A DNA stretch of 64,000 nt from Lachnospiraceae bacterium. Its GTDB lineage: Bacteria; Bacillota; Clostridia; Lachnospirales; Lachnospiraceae. Location: the NCBI GenBank assembly GCA_017552985.1, contig JAFZNO010000060.1:6980-70979 (forward strand). Direction: 5' to 3'. Under the pieces are notes generated by a model. It had not been told where the DNA came from, made no database searches, and worked only from the letters and a program-made list of their open reading frames with translations. Positions 35,055-44,045 of this stretch are shown here, piece after piece; the stretch's first letter is position 1; every line of letters starts with the position of its first letter. Made by a program: the position numbers and the translations under genes.

Positions 35055-35824
35055 GAGACATATTAAAAGAAATTCAAGAAAAACTGGATGAGATAGAGAA
35101 GAAGGAGAACGTAAAGATCCTTCATGCAGTGGAATCAGGGAGCCGTTCCTGGGGATTTGCTTCGCCGGACAGCGATTACGACGTAAGATTTGTTTACGTG
35201 AGACCCAAAGAGGCGTATCTTAGTATTGAGGAGCCCAAGGACGTGATCGAGTATCAGCTGGACGAAGTCTTGGACATTAACGGCTGGGATTTGAAAAAGG
35301 CGCTAAAGCTTTTTGCCAAAGGGAATGCGACGCTATTTGAGTGGAGCGGATCCCCCGTGATCTACCGGACGACGCCAGAGTGGGAAAGGATCCGGGAGGT
35401 ATCCAAACAATACTTTTCGGAAAAGACGGCAGTCTGTCACTATTACGGAACGGCAAAGTCCACTTACGTGGAGCATCTGCAGGGTGACATGGTGCGTTAT
35501 AAAAAATATTTTTACGCGCTCCGGCCCCTGCTTGCCGCAGAATATATCGAACGGTATCACGAGGCGCCGCCGGTACTGTTTGCGGATCTCTTAAACATGG
35601 AGCTTCCGGAAACCTTCCGAAGCGCGTTAGATGAGCTTTTGGAGGTCAAGAAGCGGACGACGGAAAAGGAAATGAACCCGCAGATGCCGGCGATCCGGGA
35701 GTTTATTGAAACGGAGCTGAAAAAGCAAAAGGAAATTGGCGACGGGCTGCCAAATGATCACAACAAAGACTTAAGGGCGTTAGACGGGATTTTCCGCGAA
35801 ATATTGGAAACCCTTTGGAAATAA
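35051..35824 (+). CDS. Pol-beta-superfamily nucleotidyltransferase (YcgL / PF10127-like)
   Basis: AVESGSRSWGFASPDSDYDVRFVY. ATGA overlap with the upstream paralogue. Confidence 0.75.
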   Translation: MRDILKEIQEKLDEIEKKENVKILHAVESGSRSWGFASPDSDYDVRFVYVRPKEAYLSIEEPKDVIEYQLDEVLDINGWDLKKALKLFAKGNATLFEWSGSPVIYRTTPEWERIREVSKQYFSEKTAVCHYYGTAKSTYVEHLQGDMVRYKKYFYALRPLLAAEYIERYHEAPPVLFADLLNMELPETFRSALDELLEVKKRTTEKEMNPQMPAIREFIETELKKQKEIGDGLPNDHNKDLRALDGIFREILETLWK

Positions 35825-35838
35825 AAGGAGTGATAAGC

Positions 35839-37218
35839 ATGGATTATCAAGAGTTCATAAATGCAGTCGATAAAGTGGCATGCGTGATATCCGTTCAGAA
35901 AAATGCGGACGGAACTTATGGAGAACTGTGCAATGAGGCTTCTAACCTGCTTTATCTGAAATCCGTAAACGTTTTGCCGGAGAATTACGTTCCGGGGGTG
36001 CCATATTATCAATACATTGGCAGGGATCACAATTTTGAGGCGATGGCGATGCGGTGCATCCTTGAAAACAGATTGATCCATTCCTACGTCGATGCGGAAT
36101 TTTACAATGCCTGGCTTGATCTTTACATGATGCCGCTTCAATCGGAGGAAGAAGACAGGGGCTATTGTCTCTTCACCTACGAGATGAGTCCCAAGATTGA
36201 TTCCAGAAAGCTGGCTGCCATTTCGCCGCAGGTGGCGTGGCAGGTCATTAGGACCGCCATGAAATTCCGGGAAACGCCAGACTTTGCCAATGCCGTGCAG
36301 GCAGTCATCGACGATCTTAGGGAGAGCTGTAAGGCAAACAGGTGTTGCCTTCTGTTGACGGATTTTGAGCAGCGCACTTGTTCCGTGCTGGGCGACAGCG
36401 TGATCGAAGGAGATGACACGCCGAGGATGAGTACCTACGTCAACGATGCGTTCTTTACGATCGTTGAGACGTGGACAGACGCGATCGCCGGAAGCAATTG
36501 CTACATCATCCATGATGAGAAGGACATGGAAAAGCTCAAGGATGGAAATCCTCCATGGTATTATTCCATGAAGGCGGCAGGCGTCCAAAATCTTGTGTTA
36601 TATCCACTCAGATATAACGGGAAGACCCTGGGATACGTGTGGGCTACGAATTTTGACGACGCTGAAACGCTGAACATCAAAGCGACGCTGGAGGTTTCCA
36701 CGTTTATTCTTGCAACGGAGATTGCCAACCATCTCATGTTCCAGGAGATGAAGCGTCTGAGTGATGAGGATCTTCTGACGGGGCTGTTAAACCGTAATGC
36801 CATGAATAACAGGATCTCGGAGCTCACGTGTGGCGAGAAGGTTCTGCAGAAGCCATATGGCATCGTCTTTGTGGATCTAAACGGCCTGAAAAAGGTGAAT
36901 GATCAAGGCGGACACGTGGCAGGAGATGAATTCTTGAGGACGGCAGCAAATATTCTGAAGGACGTATATCATGACTGTGACGTTTACAGGATTGGCGGAG
37001 ATGAATTCCTGATCTTCTCCACGGAACTTTCCCAGGAGGAATTTAACCGCAGGATAGAAACGCTGCGCATTCGGGCGGAGGAATCAGAAGAGGTTAGGTT
37101 TGCCATTGGTTCCTGCTATGCAGACGCGAAAGAGGACGTGCGCGACGCAATGCGTCTTGCGGATGAGCGAATGTACGAAGATAAGGAGAAATATTATCAG
37201 CAGCATCCGGAAGATTGA
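35839..37218 (+). CDS. GAF-like sensor plus GGDEF diguanylate cyclase
   Basis: LTGLLNRNAM...VFVDLNGLKKVND...RIGGDEFLIF has an intact GGDEF. No RxxD I-site is seen 5 residues upstream. RBS AAAGGAG. Confidence 0.85.
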   Translation: MDYQEFINAVDKVACVISVQKNADGTYGELCNEASNLLYLKSVNVLPENYVPGVPYYQYIGRDHNFEAMAMRCILENRLIHSYVDAEFYNAWLDLYMMPLQSEEEDRGYCLFTYEMSPKIDSRKLAAISPQVAWQVIRTAMKFRETPDFANAVQAVIDDLRESCKANRCCLLLTDFEQRTCSVLGDSVIEGDDTPRMSTYVNDAFFTIVETWTDAIAGSNCYIIHDEKDMEKLKDGNPPWYYSMKAAGVQNLVLYPLRYNGKTLGYVWATNFDDAETLNIKATLEVSTFILATEIANHLMFQEMKRLSDEDLLTGLLNRNAMNNRISELTCGEKVLQKPYGIVFVDLNGLKKVNDQGGHVAGDEFLRTAANILKDVYHDCDVYRIGGDEFLIFSTELSQEEFNRRIETLRIRAEESEEVRFAIGSCYADAKEDVRDAMRLADERMYEDKEKYYQQHPED

Positions 37219-37274
37219 TGCGTAACTGGAAAATGATGGTTAGAATGGGCTTGAGGTCAGAAAGGAGCCAGGGG

Positions 37275-38291
37275 ATGCAGAAGGTAAAATGGGGGATTTT
37301 GGGAACGGCTAACATCGCAAAGTGGTGTACGATCCCGGGAATGAAGCAGGCGGAAAGCTGTGAGCTATACGCGATCGCCGGAAGGAGCCTTGAGAAGGCA
37401 CGGCGCTTTGCAAGCGACTATGGCATCCCAAAGGCTTACGGAAGCTATGACGAACTGATCGCCGATGCGGACGTGCAGGCAGTTTATATTCCGCTTCCGA
37501 ACGACATTCACCTCAAGTGGGTGAAGACGGCGCTGCAAGCCGGAAAGCACGTGCTGTGTGAAAAACCGCTGGCAATGAATGCGCTGGAAGCAAAGGAAAT
37601 GTATCGCACGGCGAAGGAATGCGGCGTACTGCTCATGGAGGCGTATGCTTATCTGCACAGCCCTTACGTGGAAGAGTTGAAGAAGGACGTAAAGAGTGGC
37701 ATCATTGGCGACGTGAACTATATTGACACGGCATTTGTCACTCAGGGTTATAAGGAGGATTTCAGGCTCCATAAGGAATTTGGCGGCGGAGCCACGTATG
37801 ACCTCGGATGCTATTGCACGACGATGATCCTAACGCTGACGGAGGCGCAGGAAGAGGCAAAGGGAGAAGGCGCACGTGAGGATGCTCTTGCGCTGGATTT
37901 TGTCAAGGCCAGCGCTGAATTTACGGACCTGGGCGTGGACTTTATGACGGCGGGCCTGATAAAGTTCCAAAATGGCGTCAGGGCATCTTTTAACGTGGGA
38001 ATGAATCTTGGGGAAAACTCGAATTCCAGATTCGACAGGCTATATATTCACGGCTCCAAGGGATGCATCCGGTCGGAGGTGGAATATAATCAGGAGGGGA
38101 ACGTTTCCTATCGGATTTATACGCCGGAAGGCATGAAGGAAAAGACGGTCTTTGTTCCGCAGAACTACGCGCTTGAGGTGGAACAGCTCAGCAGGTGCAT
38201 CCTGTACGGCGAGAAGCCCCACGTAACGCCTGAGTTCTCCATCCGTAACGCGGAGCTGATCGACAAAATCCTTCAAGAAATAAATTACTAA
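37275..38291 (+). CDS. Gfo/Idh/MocA family oxidoreductase
   Basis: KWGILGTANIAKW Rossmann start and EKPLA motif. Confidence 0.85.
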   Translation: MQKVKWGILGTANIAKWCTIPGMKQAESCELYAIAGRSLEKARRFASDYGIPKAYGSYDELIADADVQAVYIPLPNDIHLKWVKTALQAGKHVLCEKPLAMNALEAKEMYRTAKECGVLLMEAYAYLHSPYVEELKKDVKSGIIGDVNYIDTAFVTQGYKEDFRLHKEFGGGATYDLGCYCTTMILTLTEAQEEAKGEGAREDALALDFVKASAEFTDLGVDFMTAGLIKFQNGVRASFNVGMNLGENSNSRFDRLYIHGSKGCIRSEVEYNQEGNVSYRIYTPEGMKEKTVFVPQNYALEVEQLSRCILYGEKPHVTPEFSIRNAELIDKILQEINY

Positions 38292-38292
38292 T

Positions 38293-38320
38293 CGTGTCAC
38301 TGGCGTGCCCTGCGGCACGT
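38293..38320 (+). repeat. 28-nt repeat, copy 1
   Basis: CGTGTCACTGGCGTGCCCTGCGGCACGT contains the hairpin CGTGCC-CTGC-GGCACG. 27/28 identical to the reverse complement of 47576-47603. Confidence 0.8.
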
Positions 38321-38336
38321 ATACGGAAGTGAGAAT

Positions 38337-39383
38337 ATGGAGAATTTACTATTTAGCCTAAATGCGACGGCACCGATCTTTGCCATGATGGTGCTGGGAT
38401 ATCTCTTTCGGAAGATTGGCCTGATCGATGAAAAGGCGGCGAATTGGATGAACAAGTTTACGTTCAAGATCACGCTGCCGGTGTTGGTGTTTAAGGATCT
38501 TGCCAGTCAGGATTTTGCAGGAACCTGGAATGGAAAATTCGTGTTGTTTTGCTTTGTCGTGACGAGCGTCAGCATTGCAGTGATCGCTTTGTTTTCGAAG
38601 CTGATCGTCAAGGACAGGGGAAAACGCGGGGAATTCATTCAGGCGTCCTATCGCAGCAGCGCGGCGCTTCTTGGGATCGCGTTCATTCACAACATTTACG
38701 GCGATGCGGCCAGCGGCATGGGACCATTGATGATCCTCGGCAGCGTGCCGCTCTATAACGTTTTCGCGGTGATCGTGCTGATGCTGACGGCGCAGCCGCA
38801 GGGCGACGCGGCGGGAGTGCAAGACGACGCAAACGGGCAGAGAGCGTCAAGGGCTCAGGGTGACGCGGCTTCGCAGGGTACGTCAGGAAGCAAGGCGCGG
38901 GATAACGGCGCCCTGATAAAAAAGACGTTGCTGGGAATTATCACCAATCCCATTATTATCGGGATTGCCGTCGGGCTGTTGTGGTCTTTGATCCGCATTC
39001 CGCAGCCTAAGATCTTCCAGACGGTCGTTACGAATCTTTCAGCGCTGGCAACACCCTTGGGACTGATGTCCATGGGAGCGACCTTTGAGTTTAAGAAGGC
39101 CGCCAAAGACATAAGGCCGGCGCTGATTGCGGCATTTATCAAACTCTTTGCGCTGGCGGCAATCTTTTTGCCGGTCGCAGTTGCCCTTGGTTTCGCAGGG
39201 GAGCAGATCGTTGCGATCCTCGTGATGCTCGGAAGCGCTACGACGGTGAGCTGCTATATCATGGCAAAAAGCATGGGGCATGAAGGGACGCTGAGCAGCA
39301 GCGTGATCATGCTGACGACCTTTGGATGCTCGTTTTCTTTAACCTTGTGGCTGTTTGTTTTGAGAAGCATTGGGGTGATCTGA
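38337..39383 (+). CDS. AEC (auxin efflux carrier) family transporter
   Basis: MENLLFSLNATAPIFAMMVLGYLFRK start and about 10 TM helices. Central loop has a Gln/Gly/Asp/Ala-rich insert. Confidence 0.8.
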   Translation: MENLLFSLNATAPIFAMMVLGYLFRKIGLIDEKAANWMNKFTFKITLPVLVFKDLASQDFAGTWNGKFVLFCFVVTSVSIAVIALFSKLIVKDRGKRGEFIQASYRSSAALLGIAFIHNIYGDAASGMGPLMILGSVPLYNVFAVIVLMLTAQPQGDAAGVQDDANGQRASRAQGDAASQGTSGSKARDNGALIKKTLLGIITNPIIIGIAVGLLWSLIRIPQPKIFQTVVTNLSALATPLGLMSMGATFEFKKAAKDIRPALIAAFIKLFALAAIFLPVAVALGFAGEQIVAILVMLGSATTVSCYIMAKSMGHEGTLSSSVIMLTTFGCSFSLTLWLFVLRSIGVI

Positions 39384-39410
39384 TTCATCACGTGCGTGGA
39401 GGCGACGTTC

Positions 39411-39851
39411 ATGAAAGAGGAACAGGAGAAAAAACGCGGCTTACCGAAAATCAATACCATCCACTACGGCGGGGCATGGATCGCGGCGGGATTACTCGTC
39501 GGAGCGGTTCTTCCTGCCGTTTTTTGGTTTTTGTTTCATAAGGTTTTCTGGATTTTGGTGATCATTGGAGCGCTGCTCCTGATCGCTTTTGCAGTGGTGT
39601 TTGCCATTGAAATGCATCAGGATTTTGGGGCCGTGCCATATTATGAAAAGCACTTGAGGGAGACGGCACCCTTTGATCCCCAGACGCAGTATGCGGTGAT
39701 CCGGAGTTCAATCTGCACGGGGGAGAAAGTTGCGGGATTTAAGAATAAGACGGACGGACATTTTACGGAAGTCATGCTGATCCGCTCTCCGGAGGAGGAA
39801 AAAAGATTTAAAGAGATCTATGGTTTGGAAGAAGTTAAGACGGAATACTAA
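39411..39851 (+). CDS. membrane protein, unknown function
   Basis: Two TM helices plus a soluble C-terminal domain. ATG preceded by GGAGG. Confidence 0.55.
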   Translation: MKEEQEKKRGLPKINTIHYGGAWIAAGLLVGAVLPAVFWFLFHKVFWILVIIGALLLIAFAVVFAIEMHQDFGAVPYYEKHLRETAPFDPQTQYAVIRSSICTGEKVAGFKNKTDGHFTEVMLIRSPEEEKRFKEIYGLEEVKTEY

Positions 39852-39967
39852 CAAAAAATGGGCAGAATTCCTCAATTATTTGCTATTATTTTTCTTGGAA
39901 AAAGCGTAAGCTGAAATAGTAAATTGATTTTGGACTTATAGTGCATTTTTTGCGGAAGGAGAAGGGT

Positions 39968-41143
39968 ATGGAGAATTTTAGTTTCTATTCACCGACGTAT
40001 TTTGCGTTTGGCAAGGACGCAGAGAATCAGGCAGGAAACTTGGTAAAGCAGTTTGGGGGAAGTAAGGTCCTGATCCATTTCGGCGGCGGAAGCGTGGTGC
40101 GCTCCGGGCTGTTAGACAGGGTGAAGAAATCTTTGGCGGATGCGGACGTTCCGTTTGTTGAACTGGGCGGCGTAAAACCGAACCCCAGAAGCGGATTGGT
40201 ATATGAGGGCATAGAGCTTTGTAAGAAGGAAGGCGTGGATTTCATCCTTGCCGTGGGCGGCGGAAGCACGATCGATTCCGCGAAGGCCATTGCGGCCGGT
40301 ACCGTTTATGACGGTGATTTCTGGGATTTCTACAGCGGAAAGCCCATCACGAAGGCTTTGCCCGTGGGTACGGTGCTTACGATCGCCGCAGCGGGAAGCG
40401 AGGGAAGCCCTGACTCCGTGATCACGAAGGAAGAAGGCATGTTTAAGCGCGGCGCGAGCGGAAATGCGATCCGCCCGAAGTTCAGTATTTTGAATCCGGC
40501 GCTGACGCAGACGCTTCCGGCATACCAGACGGCAGCAGGCGCGACGGACATCATGGCACACCTTTATGAGAGATATCTTACGAACTCCAAGGAAGTGGAA
40601 GTGACGGACAGACTGATCGAGGCGCTGCTTCTTACCATGGTGCACGAGACGCCGCGAGTGATCGAGAATCCCGACAATTATGACGCACGGGCCAACATTA
40701 TGTGGGCCGGCATGATGGCGCACAATAATTCCTGCGGCGTTGGAAGAAGTCAGGACTGGAACAGTCATAACATTGAGCATGAACTGTCAGCGTTATATGA
40801 CTGCGCCCACGGCGCCGGGCTTGCGGTAACGATGCCCGCCGTATTTAAGTACGTAATGCATCATAACATAATGCGCTTCGCGCAGGTGGCCGTTCGCGTG
40901 TGGGGCTGCCAGATGGATTTTGAGCATCCCGAAGTGACTGCGCTTGCAGGAATCAAGGCATTCCAGAATTTCCTGATCTCGATTGGCATGCCGAAGAACT
41001 TTGAAGAGCTTGGCGCGAAGGAAGAGGACATTCCAAAGCTGGTGTCCGTACTTTGCAGGGGCGACGGAAGAACGGGTTCCATCTCCGGCTTTGTAACGCT
41101 GAATGAAGAGGATTGCACGAAGATTTACCAGATGATGATCTAG
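39968..41143 (+). CDS. iron-containing alcohol dehydrogenase (butanol-dehydrogenase-like)
   Basis: FYSPTYFAFGKDAE start, GGGSTIDSAKAI motif, histidine-rich metal-site region. Confidence 0.85.
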   Translation: MENFSFYSPTYFAFGKDAENQAGNLVKQFGGSKVLIHFGGGSVVRSGLLDRVKKSLADADVPFVELGGVKPNPRSGLVYEGIELCKKEGVDFILAVGGGSTIDSAKAIAAGTVYDGDFWDFYSGKPITKALPVGTVLTIAAAGSEGSPDSVITKEEGMFKRGASGNAIRPKFSILNPALTQTLPAYQTAAGATDIMAHLYERYLTNSKEVEVTDRLIEALLLTMVHETPRVIENPDNYDARANIMWAGMMAHNNSCGVGRSQDWNSHNIEHELSALYDCAHGAGLAVTMPAVFKYVMHHNIMRFAQVAVRVWGCQMDFEHPEVTALAGIKAFQNFLISIGMPKNFEELGAKEEDIPKLVSVLCRGDGRTGSISGFVTLNEEDCTKIYQMMI

Positions 41144-41147
41144 AATG

Positions 41148-41184
41148 AAAAAGCCTTGGGATATTGTTTCCCAAGGCTTTTTTG
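41148..41184 (+). terminator. rho-independent terminator
   Basis: AAGCCTTGGGA/TCCCAAGGCTT stem followed by TTTTT. Confidence 0.85.
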
Positions 41185-41223
41185 TGCCGTTTATCGCAAC
41201 AGGTTTTCGCAAGTGGCTTACAC

Positions 41224-41253
41224 TTGACGCTACAAAGTATCATGGGATATACT
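41224..41253 (+). promoter_or_regulatory. candidate sigma-A promoter of the RR/ABC/HK operon
   Basis: TTGACG (41224-41229), 18 nt, TATACT (41248-41253). Would give a ~230-nt leader. Confidence 0.45.
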
Positions 41254-41336
41254 CATATATGGATTCTTGATCCGTATTCATGAAAGAGAAATATTTGTAT
41301 TCTATTACGTAGTATGGCCTAAATCCTCGAGGGGAA

Positions 41337-41461
41337 GGTTTGAATGGTCTTTCCTCAGGCATGTGTGCCAAGCGTCGGTACTTAGGCACGGTATTGTTGT
41401 GCCTTAGTACCGCTACGCTGCACTCATAGCGCGAGCGTGCCTGAGGGAAGACCTTCAAACC
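41337..41461 (+). other. long nested imperfect palindrome: a structured leader RNA or a palindromic repeat element
   Basis: Outer arms GGTTTGAATGGTCTTTCCTCAGGCA / TGCCTGAGGGAAGACCTTCAAACC (24 bp, one bulge, one G-U). Inner hairpin CGGTACTTAGGCAC / GTGCCTTAGTACCG. Confidence 0.6.
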
Positions 41462-41488
41462 AAACCCCGAGTTAATTAAGGGGAAATT

Positions 41489-42166
41489 ATGAGAAGTATT
41501 TTGGTGGTGGATGATGATCAGGCGATCAATAAGATGGTGCGGGAATACCTGGTGAGCAAGGGGTATCGCACGGACGGCGCGTACTCGGGGACGGAAGCGG
41601 TGATGCTGCTTGAGCGGAACCGGTATGAGCTGGTGGTTTTGGATCTGATGCTTCCCGGAATGACGGGAGAGGAGGTCCTGGATTATATTGTAAAGAATTG
41701 CCCGACGCCCGTGATCGCGTTGTCGGCGAAGGATGACGTGGCGAGCAAGCTGGTGCTTCTGAAGGGCGGCGCGGAGGATTACGTGACGAAGCCCTTTGAT
41801 CCGGAGGAACTCCTTGCGAGGATTGAGATCGTGCTGCGCCGCAATCACGCGGCTCCCGCAAAGAGGGTGCTTTCCTACGGCAACCTGGAGCTGGATCCCG
41901 AGGCAAAGAGTCTGACGCAGCTGGATCAGCCCGTGGCGCTGACGAAAAATGAATTTGCCATTTTGGAGATGATGATGGAGCGCCCTTCCGTCGTGTTTAC
42001 GAAGGAGATGATCTATGAGAAGCTCTGGAATGAACAGCCGGACGCCAGCGATAACACGATCAGCGTTCACGTGAGCAACATCCGGAAGAAACTGGCGGCA
42101 TTGGAGCCGGACCGCTCCTACGTAAAAACCGTCTGGGGCATTGGATTTAAGATGGATTCTTTATGA
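41489..42166 (+). CDS. OmpR-family response regulator
   Basis: Receiver ILVVDDD...VVLDLMLPG and a winged-helix C-terminus. Confidence 0.9.
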   Translation: MRSILVVDDDQAINKMVREYLVSKGYRTDGAYSGTEAVMLLERNRYELVVLDLMLPGMTGEEVLDYIVKNCPTPVIALSAKDDVASKLVLLKGGAEDYVTKPFDPEELLARIEIVLRRNHAAPAKRVLSYGNLELDPEAKSLTQLDQPVALTKNEFAILEMMMERPSVVFTKEMIYEKLWNEQPDASDNTISVHVSNIRKKLAALEPDRSYVKTVWGIGFKMDSL

Positions 42167-42167
42167 A

Positions 42168-42214
42168 TTCCTTAAACTTTTGTAAATGATTTTCTTAAAC
42201 TCTTCCCGTATTCT
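42168..42214 (+). promoter_or_regulatory. direct-repeat box plus -10, candidate response-regulator-dependent promoter
   Basis: TTCCTTAAAC (42168-42177) and TTTCTTAAAC (42191-42200), 23 nt start to start. TATTCT lies 8 nt downstream. Confidence 0.55.
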
Positions 42215-42273
42215 GAGAGTTGTAAAGAGCAAAACCCGTTGAGGAAAAAGGAAGGTTTAAGGAGGAATTAACG

Positions 42274-43020
42274 ATGTTAAATGCAATGAGGGCTTCATTT
42301 TACAAGATGTTTCGCGACAAGGCTTTTGGGCTTTGCCTGATTGGGACGGCGGGCTGGGCGCTGGTTGTGATCATGGCGCAGGTGCTTACCAGCCATGCAC
42401 GCGGCATTGAGGACGTGTCACAGCTGGCAAACCGCTGGTATGGTTTCATCGGTTTGCACGTGATAGAAGTTCCGCTGATCATAAGCGCAGTGCTTCTGTT
42501 TTCGGGTGAATTCCGCGACAGATCCTGGAAGCTTCTGATCGCAAAGGGAATTTCCAAGACCAGCTACTTTCTTTCCAAGCTGGTCAGCATGCTTTGCCTA
42601 ACCGTGATCCTTAGTTTCATATCCATTTTGACGCTGGCGATCTGCAACGTGATTTTGCTCCATGCGACGATGGATGCGGCATACGTGGGAAACGTGATCA
42701 AGTTCTTTTTGGGAGAAACGTTGGCGCATTTTTCCATCGCAGTTCTGGTCATCGCCTTGATCTGCATCATCAAGCGCGGCGAGATCGCTTCGATCATCAG
42801 TCTGTTTTTGATGGTATTCGGTTACGTGATGCTTTCCGGCGTTGAAAAAGCATTGTCCTTAGGAGAGGTGATCACGGATTTCTGGGCCTTTTCCCAGACG
42901 GCATTTGTGGAGTTTAACGGTCCCGTCGCATGGGGAAGGATCCTGATCTCGTTTCTTGGGTATCTGGTGATCTGCAGCCTGGCCGCGATCGCATTCCTGA
43001 GCCGTAAAGACATAGATTAA
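42274..43020 (+). CDS. ABC-2 type permease (lantibiotic-immunity LanE/G-like)
   Basis: 248 aa, 6 hydrophobic segments, paralogue of 44042-44791. Confidence 0.7.
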   Translation: MLNAMRASFYKMFRDKAFGLCLIGTAGWALVVIMAQVLTSHARGIEDVSQLANRWYGFIGLHVIEVPLIISAVLLFSGEFRDRSWKLLIAKGISKTSYFLSKLVSMLCLTVILSFISILTLAICNVILLHATMDAAYVGNVIKFFLGETLAHFSIAVLVIALICIIKRGEIASIISLFLMVFGYVMLSGVEKALSLGEVITDFWAFSQTAFVEFNGPVAWGRILISFLGYLVICSLAAIAFLSRKDID

Positions 43021-43049
43021 CTGGTTTTTGCAATGTAAAACTTTATGAA

Positions 43050-43096
43050 TTCCTTAAACGTTTTTGAAAACTTTCCTTAAACTCTCACGGGATAAT
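43050..43096 (+). promoter_or_regulatory. second copy of the direct-repeat box plus -10
   Basis: TTCCTTAAAC at 43050-43059 and 43073-43082 with the same 23-nt spacing. GATAAT lies 8 nt downstream. Confidence 0.55.
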
Positions 43097-43133
43097 GATC
43101 TTAAAAGAGGTTGCAGACGAAGGGAGAAAAAAG

Positions 43134-44045
43134 ATGAGCAACATTGTAAAAACAAAGGCACTGACGAAGAAATATCATGGGTTTGCTGCCGTGGACGGCG
43201 TAAACATGAGCATAGAAAAGGGCGACGTATACGCACTGATCGGCGAGAACGGCGCCGGAAAATCCACTTTGATGAAAATGCTGAGCGGTCTTGCCGCTCC
43301 GACCTCCGGAGAGGTGATCCTGTTTGAAAACAAGCATCCGGAGGTGGCGCGTTTCCGCATGGGTTGTCTCATAGATTCCCCGGCACTGGATTCGAGACTT
43401 ACCGTACGCGACAATCTGGAAATGTTTTCCAGGGCATTTGGCTGCCATAAGGAGGGAGAGGTGGACCGGATCCTGGAGCTGGTTGGCATGAAGGCTAACG
43501 CCAACAAGGTCATTAAGAAGACCTCTCTTGGCATGAAGCAAAGACTTGCGATCGGAATTGCGCTTCTGGGTTCCCCTGATTTCCTGATCCTCGACGAGCC
43601 CATGAATGGACTCGATCCCATGGGAATTCAGGAGATCCGCCAGCTCTTAAAGAAGCTGAATGCGGAGAATCAGACCACGATCCTGATCTCGAGCCATCTC
43701 TTGGACGAGGTGTCCAAGGTGGCGACCCGCTATGGATTTATGAAGGCCGGTCATTTGATCCAGGAGCTTTCCAATGAGGAGCTGGAGGAGAAGAGCAAAA
43801 CCTGCTTAAGACTTAAGGTTTCCGATACGGCAAAGGCAGCCATGGTCTGCGAAAAAGAGCTTGGCACGAACAATTACGAGGTGATCGATGCCGAGTACGT
43901 AAGACTCTTTGATTACGTTGACGAGTCAGCCAAGGTCGTTACGGCAATGGTGCGCGGCGGCGTGGAAGTGGGCGAGATGGTTCGCGTTGGCGAGAGTCTG
44001 GAAGAGTTCTTTAACAATTTGATGACGGCGAGGGAAGAGCAATGA
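43134..44045 (+). CDS. ABC transporter ATP-binding protein
   Basis: Walker A GENGAGKST, signature-like SLGMKQRL, Walker B LILDEP. Confidence 0.9.
   Translation: MSNIVKTKALTKKYHGFAAVDGVNMSIEKGDVYALIGENGAGKSTLMKMLSGLAAPTSGEVILFENKHPEVARFRMGCLIDSPALDSRLTVRDNLEMFSRAFGCHKEGEVDRILELVGMKANANKVIKKTSLGMKQRLAIGIALLGSPDFLILDEPMNGLDPMGIQEIRQLLKKLNAENQTTILISSHLLDEVSKVATRYGFMKAGHLIQELSNEELEEKSKTCLRLKVSDTAKAAMVCEKELGTNNYEVIDAEYVRLFDYVDESAKVVTAMVRGGVEVGEMVRVGESLEEFFNNLMTAREEQ

Noticed and set aside
38790-38910. Low-complexity Gln/Gly/Asp/Ala stretch with the repeated CAGGG(C/T)GACGCGGC in the AEC transporter loop.
   Set aside because: It is an in-frame insertion in the central cytoplasmic loop, typical loop variability and not an independent element.
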